Shown here: in pieces, positions 1-13,800 of the stretch | How positions within the stretch are numbered: the first letter of the stretch is position 1 | Layout: every line of letters starts with the position of its first letter | From: Octopus bimaculoides | Lineage: Eukaryota | DNA length: 33,796 bases | Direction: 5' to 3' | Assembly (NCBI RefSeq): GCF_001194135.2 | Contig: NC_068989.1 | Span: forward strand, 30,974,776 to 31,008,571 | Position numbers and translations under genes: made by a program | The notes under the pieces: generated by a model | What the model was told of the DNA's origin: nothing | The model's database searches: none | Seen by the model: the letters and a program-made list of their open reading frames with translations, nothing else

Positions 1-330
1 CTGACTCGCTCCCTAAGCAGTTGAGCTATAACCCTCTCCGTGACTTTCATTACCTGATCTAAAAGCTTGATACCTCTGTAATTATTTGTATCTAAAGTGT
101 CACCTTTACCTTTGTAGCAGTTGACTATAGTGCTGCTACACCAGTCATTGGGTATGACTCCTTCGTGTATCACCTGGTTCGTAATACGGGCGACTAGGCT
201 ATAGCTGACACTGCCAGATATTTTGAGCATCTCCGCAGTGATTCCTGATGGGCCGGGGGGCTTTCCCTGTCTTCATACTCTTAATTGCTTTATCTACCAT
301 GGTACTGTCAACTCGGATAGCTGGTCCCTC
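1..330 (-). mobile_element. RTE-clade LINE fragment (N-terminal RT region)
   Basis: The reverse complement closely matches 26030-26360 and reads [34 protein letters not shown]...[24 protein letters not shown]. There is a +1 frameshift in the G run near 255-260. Confidence 0.92.
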
Positions 331-423
331 TGTTGTCTCATACATGTCATCTCCTAGCATAAATCCAACTTCTTCCCATGAGCTTTATAGTTTTGTGAAC
401 TGTATAGTAACCCCAACAGTACA

Positions 424-441
424 GACGACGACGACGACGAC
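424..441. repeat. (GAC)6 microsatellite
   Basis: gacgacgacgacgacgac read directly from the sequence. Confidence 0.9.
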
Positions 442-1559
442 GAGGAGTTTGGAGACCCAAGTGGGAAGTGTTAATCTTGTATTTTTTCTAAAAAAAAAAA
501 GAGAACAGCTTTTCATGAGTTATCTCATTTGTAACTGTACATAGTAATGATTAGAAAGCATGTAAAGCTTCTACCAGCACAGTTTCCCTTTGTTAAAGCT
601 TTAATTTCTTATTTTTAAGGGTTAATCTTTCATATGGCTCCATTTGATCCCATTATACTTTTCATTCTACATCCAAATGAGCTTGTTGGTTCATATGACA
701 AATAGAAATCCATGACTAATTAGGAATTTTTTTCCATTTGGTTGCTGAAAAGGAGACCCTCTTGTCTGACTGAATAAATGATGGCATTTGCCAAAAAATG
801 GATGAAGGCATTTTCTAACAGTAAGACGACATTTGGTTATGAGAAAATGGAGGAAGTTCTTTAAAGTTTGTTACAGGTATTCAAATGAATGAGTAACTTT
901 TATAAGAGAAGTATCATAATTCTTCAACAGACAATGGAACATTATAATACATTAAAATAAGCATTATTCTTATACCAAGGTGTTAAAAGAATTTTGTGAT
1001 TCTAAATTTATAGTTGTAAAAGTAGTGGCACATGTACAAGGCTTAATTTCGTTTATTAAAATATATGACTCTCTGTGTACTAATATATTTTCTTAGTCTG
1101 CTTGTCTCTCAGCTATATTTACTATCTCCATATTATTCATCTCTCAAATTTACATTTATACATCTGACAGGTCATACTTTTGTTTTTATATTTATATATC
1201 TGACAGGTCATACATTCCACTTGACTTGCTGTTAAATTGTTCCTTTAACTGATCACATTTCTTCATCTTGTCATGATATAGTTCTGAAACATTGATCACA
1301 TTGCATAGCCTTTGAAGGACAAAACATCCACAAACAGAAAGTTGCTTATATTTTCATAAAGCCTTAAACGGAGGCAATCTGACAACATAAAACTTTTCTC
1401 TCTCTGAAAACCTTTGTATGAATTATTACTTAGAGATGTGTATCTGAATACCATATTTTTCTAGCAATATGTTTCATTGACACTATCTTAATTTTTTTGT
1501 TTTTTAGATATATGACATCCAATGCATAAGACCTAGATGTGATCATTACACATTACAAG

Positions 1560-1869
1560 ATGAAATGGCAATGCCGGGCTATTTGTCTTATTTTTGTCTC
1601 TGTCTGGGTCATAATTGCCTACTACTCATATGTACCTGAAAAGTCAGCATCAAATAAGCTCCAAATTAAGCCATATTCTTCCATGTTCCATATTTCAACA
1701 GAAGCAAATGAACTAGATTCAAATTTTCAAACATGGAGAAAAGAGGCTCCTAAAAGGCAGCAAAGTTTTTTGGAAAGTCATGAGAAAGCAGAAAAGAACA
1801 CAGATGTAGGCCTTAAGAAAAAAATTGGAATTATCCATGGAAAAGACAATGAAGTAGAACGGAGTGAAG
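1560..1869 (+). CDS. GALNT11: GALNT exon 1: type II membrane anchor and stem
   Basis: Acceptor tttttag at 1506-1507. ATG at 1560 has A at -3. Encodes [25 protein letters not shown] (TM)...[16 protein letters not shown]. Donor G|GTTGTA at 1870, phase 1. Confidence 0.8.
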
Positions 1870-4800
1870 GTTGTATTATTACTAGTTTCATTTTCATTTA
1901 CTGTGTAACCATATTGTATTATATTGTAATAATGCTACTTTACAGGACAATAAACGTCCCCAAATCTCCCCACTACCATCCTTACTGCACCAAGGCCTTG
2001 TAACAGTATCATAAATCACTATTACTAATATTAACTATATCTTTTAGCACACATCATATGATGTAATCCTTTACTTAAATGAAAGCATGATGTTGGTGAT
2101 GGATCCTTGTTTATCACCAACATCAGTAGAGAACCCATGAATCAAGTTGATGATTTCATGTATCTCAATTCTGAGATAGTCTCAACTGAAAAGGACATAA
2201 GAACTCAGATAGCTAAAGCATGGTTAACCCTAAACAAACTGGATGTTGTCTGGAAATGAATCCTGTTGGACATCCTTTAGAACAGTGCTTCTTAAACTAT
2301 GGGTCGCGACCCCAAATGGGGTCATGAAAATTAAATTCAAACACTTGAATTTCAGTTTATATGCTATTTCACAAATGCACAATATTTAACGTGATGTGCC
2401 ACATACCTATGTGAAATTACTTTTTCAGCTTTAACCCTTATTAAAACCAAATATTGTTCAATGCTGAAAAATGTTCAGCAGTGTCAAATATTACACCAAG
2501 GTTTAATTTGTTATGCAGCAAAAAACAAGCACATCCATCACATTGATTTTTTACTTTGGTTTATTTTTGTACTTGAAACAAATCGTAAAACTACTTATAT
2601 TTTGACAAATAGTATAACTACTTTTTTATATCAGTTCATTTTTTTTCATATGTATATTGTTCAGCAAAAAAAATTAATGATTTATGTATTTATTTGTATG
2701 TTTTATTTCATATTTAATACCTGGGGTTGCGAAAAATCTTGTGATGCAAAATGGGGTCATGAATGAAAAATGTTTAAGAAGCGCTGCTTTAGAGAATTTT
2801 TTTCTGTGCAATGGTAGAGTTTATATGAAGCAACAACCTGGACACTTACCTAATAACAGGAATCTAAGCTGGATGGAACTTTCACCCAAATGTTAAGAGC
2901 AGTCTTAAACATATCTTGGAGAACTCATTGCACCAAGAAATAGCTGTATGGAGATTTCCTGCCCATTTCCACCTTCATTAGGGAAAGGCACTCACACTTT
3001 GCAAGACATTGCTGGTGAACTAAAAAGATTTGACAAGTGACCTATTTTCCATGCTGGCATGGTTTGGATTGATTTCCTGAGGCAGTATTTCACAGCCAAA
3101 TATCTTTTCTGTTGCCAACTCTTTTGGTCACTTCTTATGACATGCTGCAATGAAGTACACTTATTCTAAAACTGAGATATATACAAAAGAGATACATGCA
3201 TCTGTATTTTTTACTTATTTGTATTGACATAGGGTATAAACATTGTCAAGAAAAACAGTTGTCAGTGCTTTACAAGCAAAGTACTTTGCATTGGGTTAGA
3301 CACTTTCTTATCACTCTCACCATCTATCAGAAATGCGGTAAACAAGTGATTGGCTCTGCTGGAAACCATAAATGACAATGGCATTGTAAGCAAGTATATA
3401 CCATGAACACCATTAACTGAAATTCTTATGTCTAACAATCATTATGATAAGATTAAGAATATTTACTCTTTTCTGGTTTCATATATATGTTCTAGCATTG
3501 TTATAATATCATTTCCTTTAGCTAGCAAGGAAAAGCAACATTTCGCACTTGAGGGGATTTTGTTCTCCTCTTATCTGGTATCGTTTAATGCTTTGATCCA
3601 AATCATGATTATGATCATTTACTGGCTTGAGTACAAGGATGACAATTTCCTAATCTTAACTTCTGGCTCAGTTACTCAAAGATATTTTTCAAAGTACTTC
3701 ATCCCCAGTTCCATGAACTTATCCTTTATTCCCACTCACCTGTCCTATAAAGATAATTATTCATACTTTGGATTTGTGAAACTCTGTAGCAGTTAATAAG
3801 TTATCAAATTCAAATGTAAATGTCTCCAATGTCTTAAGGACACTTGGGAGTTAGTTCATAGCTTTGGTTTTATAGCACGAAGCAAACAAGAGAAATGTCT
3901 TCCCTGGATAGAATGCCAGCTTATTGCAAGTAGCATTCCCAGAATGCATGAACTGAGGCAGATAAAATAAAGCATCTTGCTCAGAAAAACTGAGTTGGTA
4001 GCCCCACACCTTATCTCATCAGCAATTTTACTTTTACAATAAAATTCAAACTTGTATCAAGGCCAAGGGTGACATGATGGTGGAACAAAGAGATGGACAG
4101 CGCTATAAAAAACAAAGAGACAGGCCTGGAAAGACTGGTAAAACAGTGGAAACAGAACAGTATATCAAGAAGCTAGAAGATAGGCTAAGCAACAGGTTTA
4201 CATAGCAAAAGGAATAGCAGAAGGTAAGAGGTTTGTCCATGTTCCACAGCATGAAGATCTGAGGCGTGAGGTGTTCAGCATTGCAAAGCAGTGTATAAGA
4301 GAAAATAGAGACGTGATGGGTGAAAAATGTGTGCGAATGGATAATGGTATGCTTGCACTTAGTAACTCAAAGAAGAAAGATGCACGGAGATGCCATGATT
4401 AAAGGTTGTTAAATGTGGAGAATGATTGGGAGAAGAAGAGTCTTTCAAATATCAAACCAATTGAAGGACCAGCCATCGGAGTTGATAGCAGTATAATAGA
4501 TTAGGCAATTAAGGATATGAAGGCTGAGAAAGTCCCTGGACCATTGGGTATCACTGCTGAGATAATTAAAATATCCGGCAGTGTGAGATACAGCCTAGTC
4601 ACTTGCATGGTTAATCAGGTTATTCAGGAAAGCATCATCCCCAGAGACCGGTGTAGTAGTATTATAGTTAACTGCTACAAGGGTATAGATGATGCCATAG
4701 ATAGAAACAACTACAGAGGTGTCAATCTGCTGGACCAGGTCATGAAAGTTAGAGAGAGTTATAGCTCAATTGATTAGGAATAGAAGTAAACTAGACAGAT

Positions 4801-7800
4801 GCAGCTTGGTTTTGTTCCTGGGAGAAGTACCACAGATGCCATCTTCCACTAGGAACAGTTGCAAGAAAAGTATTTGGCCAAAAGTAAACCATTGTACTTA
4901 GCTTTTGTTGACCTGGAGAAAGTTTTCGACAGGGTTCCCCACACTTTTATCTGGTAGTCTCTAAGGAAGCTTGGAGTAGAGGAGTGGTTTGTTAGAACTG
5001 TAGAAGCCATGTACAGCAGAGCTGTCAGTAAGGTGAGAGTCAGCCTTGAATACAATGATGAGTTTAGCGTGCAAGTTGGAGTTCATAGGGATTAGTTCTA
5101 AGTCCACTCTTAGTTATCATAGTTCTCCAAGCCATAACTGAAGAATTCAAAACTGGATGCCCATGGGAACTGCTATATGCTGATGACCTTGCTCTTATTG
5201 CAAAATCTAAAGTTGTTGTTAGCAAGAAAGCTGATAAGACTTTCTCTTAGCCAGGTAAATGGTCCTGCTCAATATGTAGGAAAGGAGTGGGATGTAATTC
5301 TATTCACTGCACCTAGTGTAAGGTATGGATGCATAAAAAGATGCAGTGGAATCACAGGTAGATTAATAGATAAGGTTACTTTCAAGTATGGCAGATGTGC
5401 AGGAGTAATAAGCACTAAGAGTGCACAGGACTTAGACTCTCTCAAATATCCAGGAGGCTCTCTTGAAGTAGTAGATAGTTTCTGCTACTGAGGTGATCAA
5501 ATTAGTAATGATAGTGGTGCTCTGGATGTATTGTTTCTAGAAGAAGAATAGGATGAAGGAAGTTCAGAGAGCTGCTGGCAACAAAAGGACTCTCTCAAGT
5601 GAAAGGTATGCAGTGAGACGTGGGCTCTGAATGCAGAGGGCATGCGTAGACATGAGAGGAATGAAGTTAGTATGCTCTATTGGATTTGCAACATCAGTGT
5701 GCATGACCAACAAAGTACAACTGTGTTTAGAGAAAAGTTAGGTATAAGAGGAATTAAATGTGGTATGTAGGAGAGGAGAATGCATTGGTTTGGACATGTG
5801 ATGAATATGACTGAAGACAGCTGTATAAAAAAGTGCCTGTCACTGAAAGTGGATGGTACCCGTGGAAGAGAGAGACCCAGGAAGACATGGGATGAAGTGA
5901 TAAGGATCAATCTCAGGATGTTAGGGCTCATGGAGGAAATGACAATGGGCCAAGATGTCTGGCGATATGAGGTTCTAGAGAAGACCTACCTATGTCAGCA
6001 AAACTGAGTGCTAGAAGCATTGTGTCCCACCCACATGTAGCATTTTTACACACCCTACCCCAAGAAACTGAACTACATCTCTTCTAAACTGCATCTTTCT
6101 CTTCCCCACATTTCCTCTTCATATACTATGACTGTCTCCCACTCCCCTGCCCTACCCTCACTGCTGTGTTCACTGTATAGCTGCTTTCCCCCACACCATC
6201 TTTGTACCCAGGTTTTCACCATTCACTGCAATCCCCACTCCCTACTCACACTTTCTTTGCAATACCTGGCCAAGTATATTATGACCACATAACCTTGAAG
6301 GCATGCCCTGGCAATTGCCACCATTTATCTCTCTCTTCCTTATTCTACCATCCTATCTATCCTCTGATCCTTGTTACTTGTGAGCATACTTCATCACCAT
6401 CTCTCTCCTGCTCTTTCTTGCACTTTTGCTGTCTCCCACTCTCTATCCCTTGCTCTTCCCTTTCGCTGAGTAGCCATGTATCTCCTCTACAGAAGCACAC
6501 CTGTTTCTGCCCTCATTCTTGATCACTCTCTCACTTTCTCTTGCTTTTCTCTCTGGCTAGGTAACCAAGTATCTTCTTCACATCAGCACACTTGTTTCTG
6601 TCCTCTTTCTTGTACCTCTCTCTCCTCATCTCTTCCTCTCACACTCTCACTCTCTCTTTCTCTCTCTCTCTCATGCTCTCTCTTCCTCTCCCTCTCTTTC
6701 TCTCTCTCTCTCATGCTCTCTCTTCCTCTCCCTCTCTTTCTCTCTCTCTCTCATGCTCTCTCTTCCTCTCCCTCTCTTTCTCTCTCTCTCTCATGCTCTC
6801 TCTTCCTCTCCCTCTCTTTCTCTCTCTCTCTCATGCTCTCTCTTCCTCTCCCTCTCTTTCTCTTCTGTGTCTCCTCTCTCTCACTCTTTCTCTTCTGTGT
6901 CTCCTCTCTCTCTTTCTCTCTCTGATTAGGTAACCATGTACCTCCTCTATTGCAAGCCACCTGTTTCTGCTTCTCAGTTTCTCTGTCACATTCTAACCTT
7001 TCAAAATTCCCCTCTCAAAATTCTTTGTCTTGCATGTTACTTGGTGACCCTGCTAGGGCTGATGCCATATAAAAAGCTTCCAGTAAAGTGGTTGGCATTT
7101 AGAAGGATATCCAGCTGTAAAAGTCATGCCAAAACTGACCTTATTTGTGCTGGTGCCATGCAGAAAGCACTCAGCCCACTCTGCTAAGTGGTTGGTGTTA
7201 GGAAGGGCATCCAGCTGTAAAAACTCTGCCAAAACAGACACAATAGCCTGGGGTGGTCTTCTACCTGGCCAGCTCCTATCAACCATCCTACCCAAGCATG
7301 CCTGGAAGACAGCCATTAAACGATGATGATGATGATGCTTGTTAAATTTGTTTAATTTTATGTTATAATGTTGACAAACTTGCTCCTAGATACAAGCTTC
7401 TTAACCCTTTCGTTACTATATTTCTGACCAAAATACACCCCTCATGAGTTTCAATTAAATTCTAAAATAATCATGAATTTAAACTAGTCTCATTAAACTC
7501 CTGTAACTTTTTTATTTATCAACATATTAATGTGATATTTGGAACATAATTAAAGAAAGGGTTCTTAATCAATTCTATTGCATAATTTTTGTCTCAAAGT
7601 TCTCCACGTACTAGGGTACTGCTAGTGTCTCTCACATGTAAATATTGGTTCAGCTTCACGAATTGTACTCGTGTCATAATACTGGAAACATATTCATCTC
7701 CAAAAGGCTCCTGATTGCTCCAGTAATTTGTTATTCTGGGTAACTGTCTAATACCCATAATAATATTTATGGCAAAAAATGCCCGTATTTCATCTACAGT

Positions 7801-10800
7801 TGCAGGAAACCACAAGCTATCTTTTTTTTCCAGCTTGTTTACATTCTGCGTAATGGTTTGTTTCCGCAGTAATCATTTCAAACAAGCATGCTGGAAAAAA
7901 TAAGAAAAAGAAGTCTAAAGGTTTCGCTTCCTGAGAAAGACTATGGGTAGACCCTGTCTCTTCAGAAAAATTGTTAATAAAAACGTTTTTTTAAGTTTTT
8001 ACTCCATTCTAGTGTAAAATCATCCTCGCTGTCGCCGTTGCTGCTTTCAGAATCGTTGCTTTCAGTTTCGGATACAGAAATATCCAATTCATTATCGTTC
8101 ACCACGTGCTTTTGTAGCTCATTCATTCTTTTCTTCGATATCTCCATATCTTCTGTTGAAAAACCTTCAAATTTGGAATCACTGCTTGATAGCATAAAAC
8201 TCCTCTCCATCTTCAAAGTTGAAAAAAATTAACGCCGCAAAAAATGTGGAAAAAAATCTTCCAAAATTCACTGAGTTCAAATATCATGCCAAACAATGTC
8301 GGATACAATAACTCAACTGTTTGCAAAGTGAAATCAGGTGTTTTAACGAATATACTAACGAGATTTGGGTTCAAATATACATTTAAATAACAATGGGTAC
8401 TCTCGGCCGGGTTGGTCTTATGAACCAAAAAATTTTTGGGCCGGCTACACCCAGATTAGTAACGAAAGGGTTAAGGTGTCTCAGTTATTTCACTCAGTAA
8501 CTATGTCACTCTTAATTTCTCATTGCAATGAACGGGTTATATGCGTAGTACTGTACCTCACCAAAATCTGCTATGTCTTTAGCAATCATTGTCTCACTTT
8601 GTAAGCCCTGTTTCAGATTAATATAGGCAAGATAATACCATCTAAAAGGTAACCAATAACCCCTAAGAATTTTGTTGTACTTAACATGCAGACATTGCTC
8701 AGTTGTATTTGATTGAGTATTCCTCTGTCCACTCAGAGCTAACAGAGTCTTTAAAAGTACAATAAGACTATTAGAAAAGTAGAATACCAGTCTCTTAATT
8801 GAGAAAATACAGTTTTAAGTCATATTCAACAAAAGCAGCCTTTGACTTTCATTCCATCAGACTAATAAAATAGTTACTTGTGAGACACTGTGAATTGTCA
8901 AAGACTAGGTTTCCTCAGATTCCAGATTTACCAAATTTTATATGTTGCATTTGTGGGTTGCTACTAAACAATTCTTTGTCTAATATTAATATTCCTGTTA
9001 TGTTGCCTCTGGGCCAAATTGCATTTAGCAGTCTTAGATTCCAGTGCTATTCATGCAGATTTCATCTGACAAAATATCTTTCTCAATACCATAGCTGTTC
9101 TTTACTAAAGAGTTTACTTTTTAAGAGTTATTGAATTCATATCTTAGGTGATCATTGTCTTTATTTATTAATAGTTATCCTTAGAAATTCCCCCACTATT
9201 GTTATTATAGCTATAGTTTTTAGTAATAAAAAAAAACATTACATAATTGTAATTTCACACCTATTTCTCATATTGTTTCATTACTCAATTCGAGTACAGT
9301 TGAACCGCTTTAATCTGCCAACCATGGGACCTGGTGATTGCAGAACTACAGAAAATGCCGGACTGCAGAAATTGATTGCTATGACTTTAAGGAAACCTCT
9401 ATATAACCATATGCTTTCAAAGACACTGCTGTATTATCAAAAGTATAAACAAGCTTGAAACATGAAATGATACAATATAATTAATGTTTCTTAATTCACA
9501 TATGGCCTTCAAGCAGCAACTCTCTATAGCCAGGATTTGACCACAGCCTCCAGTAGCTTCATATAGCTTAAAGCTCTGTTCAGTGATTTTGACAGCATGA
9601 CGTTACCCTCACTGTAGACACCCAAAGATTATTACAGTTTGAGGGAACTTGGTTTTCATGATATGTGGGACATCATATACCATCTGTTGTTCTGAGTGTT
9701 GTGCAACTGGTCCTGGCAGAAGTTCTTTTCATCTGGGAAGAACCAGATCATCCGTTTCTCGACAGGATGTCTCAGCTTGTTCAGGAGCTTCTTTGCCTTT
9801 GTAATGAAGTTTGCATTGGCTTTGGCTATCAGAGTTTGTCCCTTACACCTCTCGTATGAGTGGTAGCAAAGGTCTTCATTCAGGACCAGCTTCATGGTGG
9901 CTACTCCAACACTCAACTTTGCCAAAGCCCAGATTCCCTTGCTCAGATCTTCCATCACCTTGTCATGGAGTTGTTGGATAAATTCCTGTGTGCAGATAAA
10001 GTCAGAATGCCTGCTGTGTCCCTTCCTGCTGAGTAACCAATATGGACAATCAACACTGTCAACTACAACTGACAGTTCACACAGTTTCTTTATTTTTTTG
10101 AAATACATTAGTCCACTTTCAATCACATGGGGGTGGTTAGGATTCTTCCACAACATCTCCCCTTTTTGAGAATTAAACTCTATCCAGTGTTTAATATCTC
10201 TTACACTTTGGGTCTAATCCCAGTATTTCAATTCTTTTCTTTTTTCTGGTACTTGAACATGTAGTTTCAATTTGTTTGGATGTTGGTACCTCAAATGTGT
10301 CATAAAAAACTTACATGGTAATTTCATCTCTCATTTCTTCCATAAATCTTTTTAAAATTGGTTTATGTCTTTTATGTTCAAATTTCCCAAAAATCAGGGT
10401 TTTTATAACTGCACATATCCGAATTCTAAGAACCGTATTTCGTGAAAGATTTCTTTGACAAAAGTTTAGAATTCGTATATGGGCAGTAATTTTAACCAGT
10501 GGGATACCAACAATTATGCTTGTTTGGGCAAACGACCATTACGTCATATTGCCACCTTTTATGACTTGCTCTGGCACCAACTCAACTTGTCCAATAAAAC
10601 AGTAGGGAACAACCATTTTACTTCTTTTTTAAAAAATTTTCTGACTCTGTATTTGAACTAGCACACAACCCCATTTCATTTTTACAAAACTTATTTATGG
10701 GTAAATCTCATAAGTCAAACAGTTACATTCAGTCAGTTCCAAAAACGTTGCTTCTATTTTTTAATACATAAGCTTTTGCTTTTAAAGTCTTACCGTGAAA

Positions 10801-13800
10801 TATAACATTACATATAATTTCGCTTGTAAAAATTAATTTAGTTCCCAATACTCCATGAGCAGTCTTTGATGTTTTCTATTGTATAGGTTTCCCAATTTTT
10901 TCATGTGTTTTCATCAATAAAAGTAATGTTACTACCTGTACCTGACTAATTTTTACATTTGTATTATTAATTTTTACATACACAAATTTCCTTTACATAC
11001 ACAAATTTCCTTCGTTTATATTTCTTGTCATCAATAAATTGTTTACATGATTGTTTCTGTCCAACTGTTTTCTAGGTTTTGTTTTACAGTGTGATTTTTT
11101 ATGACTTATCTTACCACACTTGAAGCATTTTCTACTTTTATAAGGAGAGTTGAATCTGTAGTGTAATTCTCCACATCCAAAACATGGGTTAATTTTTTGC
11201 TTTTCATTACTTACTTTCAGTTGCACCAATTGTATATTTGCAGAGTTTCTTACTTCAATTTGTTCCATATTGTGCCTTAGGTTTATTATTCTCTGGCATT
11301 CCTCAGATATTTCTTACAGTGTTAGTCAAAATTCGGTTACGAATTTCCATGTCTTTCTTTGCCACACAAAAATTGAGCATTTAAACATGTCTGATGTTAA
11401 TTCATTAATTTTAAATCTCTTGCATTCTTTATTAATGATTTCAGCATAAGTAATAAAATCTTCGTCCTCTTTTTTTTTTTTTGTAATATTCATGCATTGC
11501 CAGCACATATTAAATAAAGAGCTTTTTTTTGCTGAATATTTTTGATAGAATATCCACTGTTTCTTCAAAATAGACTTCACCCGGCCTCTTTAGTAATATG
11601 TTATTGCAACATTTTTCATGCTCAGTTGGTGCCAACTTTCTCAACAAATGTCACAGTTTTTTTCATCTGGCCAGCCAGAGCATTCTTCTTTGAAAAATTT
11701 CCTCATACCTTCTAAAGTAAGCCGGAAAAGTAGTACCCTTATCTGAGTTATATGCAAACTCTCCGATGGAGTTTGCAACTGTATCAGATGAACAAATTCA
11801 ATATATTTTCTGTTTTGCTAAGCAGCAGTTGTATTAACAGTTATTGCTGCTTCTGCAATTTCAACAACTGCTGTTATTGCTATTTCTGTCATTCAGTTGC
11901 CAAAGCTAGTAAGTCTTCCATGTTGAAACAACAATCTCTCCAGCATGTGTTCGAATATCTCATCACCAAAGATGTTATGACATGAGTTGTACACATCGGG
12001 TGTAAGAAAAGTATTATCCAAATAAATATTTGGATATGGTTTTCTAGAATAATTTTTCACAGAATTAATATGTTCACACACTCTATATTTCTCCAAACGT
12101 AGTCATGATATTAAACTAACACAGTAACGAATACGGCTGATCAACTCTGTCAACTATACCATTGTTAACTACTGACAGTTCACACAGTTTCCTTATTTTA
12201 TTGAAATGCATTAGTTCACATTCAGTAATGTGGTGATCAGGATCCTTCCACAACACTAAGACTGAAAATACATGAAAAACTTTTTCATATTGCAAAATCA
12301 CATGCAACAAAATAAGCTTCTCATAAATATTTTTTTTTAAATTGTCAAAAGAAAATTTCTTTTTCAAGAACTTAAAGAAGATAAGCAACTGCTATCCCAT
12401 GACACTATTAATTTGTATAATTTGTTGTTAATTTCTTTTTATTTGTATGTTTTTAGGTTATCGTCTCTATGCTTTCAATGTATTGATAAGTAATCGAATT
12501 GGTTTGTTCAGAAAACTACCAGATACTCGTCCCCCCGAGTAAGTATTTCAGTATTATTGTTATATCAGGAGTTATCAATCAATATTGCATCTTCCTCATT
12601 TTAATTTCTATTTAACTTGATTTTATCTACATGGTTTAATCTTGTTTTAAATTGCTTTTATCACCATTATATAATCTGTTGTTTTATTTCATCTACATTG
12701 CATAATGAAACATCAAATTAAATTAAGTTTTGCCTCATCATCAAAAAATATTATACTTAAGTGTAAATGCATATTTACTCATAAGAGAATGAGATTGGGC
12801 AACTTTCTAACCTCATGGGTTATGTCTTGGGAGGTTACTTTATATATTGTCACATAATTTTGTATTCTATTCTCATTTATGATTAGTTCAGGACTTTGAG
12901 AGACTCACTCAACTGAACTGTTTAAAGGGACTGAAGTAGTGGTTTGCAACATCCCATGAATCATGATTTCCTCTTCACCTTGTCCACCTGAGGTGAAACT
13001 ACTATCATCTTTTAGTAATTTCATTGAATATAATTTTCATTGCTTTCAAACTCTTTCTACATTGATGATCTTGGTGATGAGGTTGAATCATTTTACATTC
13101 GGAACTGTTGACAGAAGTTATCTCGTATCTACACTTACCTATATTGCTGGCTGGTACCCCAAGTATCTTTGAGGTTTTTTTTCTCTCTTCCACAAAGCCG
13201 TCTTCCACCCTTTGTGTACCTAAAAATCATTTGATTGCTGTATTATTAAGGTAACTCATTTCATATCCTGCTCCTGCACAACTCCATATCTCAGTAACCT
13301 CTTGCCAAAATATTGGATAAAAGAAGGAGAAATATCAGGAAATTCTTGAATAACTAATAAAAAAGTGGTTATTGTATTACTTTAAATAAATTATATATGC
13401 CAATGTAGAAATGTCTGCTATCTGGGAAAATTTTGAAATTATATAAAAGATTATTTATTTAAATAAGCTGTTTGTAACATAGAACCATGGAATGCCTCTC
13501 AAAAATACATCCACATTTATTTGAATTCAGGAAACTAAGGTACTAAACTCAGCACAGCAATGCATCCACCTCAGTTTCTGTGGGCGCTTAGATTAGTCAA
13601 AAGAAATCAACATTGCTATGATTTGGATTAAATCTTTGCTTTCTTTTTCTTGCATCTTCTGTTTCAGGTGTCCAAAGGAAATCCATTTACAAGTGCCACT
13701 CAAAGCAAGTGTAATTATATGTTTCTATAATGAAGCACCAACAACTTTATATCGGTCAGTTAATACTGTGATAAAAAGGTCTCCTCCAGCAATGATTCTT

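Noticed and set aside
248-544. 98-aa + strand ORF with a hydrophobic N-terminus
   Set aside because: It is antisense to the RTE fragment and runs through a (GAC)n tract and a poly-A run; there is no evidence for a gene.
1870-2003. Continuation of ORF 1539-2003 as coding sequence
   Set aside because: GALNT similarity stops at the 1869/1870 donor and resumes in exon 2; the remainder is intron read-through.
3880-4000. Possible CORE-SINE fragment (AACTGAGGCA...CATCTTGCTCAG)
   Set aside because: Too short and degenerate, with no head, tail or TSD.
6661-6860. Regular repeat array resembling a CRISPR
   Set aside because: The units are head-to-tail with no spacers, there are no cas genes, and the context is eukaryotic.
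6202-6960. Leu/Ser-rich and Arg/Glu-rich ORFs
   Set aside because: They are translations of the CT-rich tandem repeat and LINE UTR, with no splice or protein-family support.
9294-9420. TA-CAGTTGAACC start resembling a pogo/Tigger TIR
   Set aside because: No matching right TIR was found in the window.
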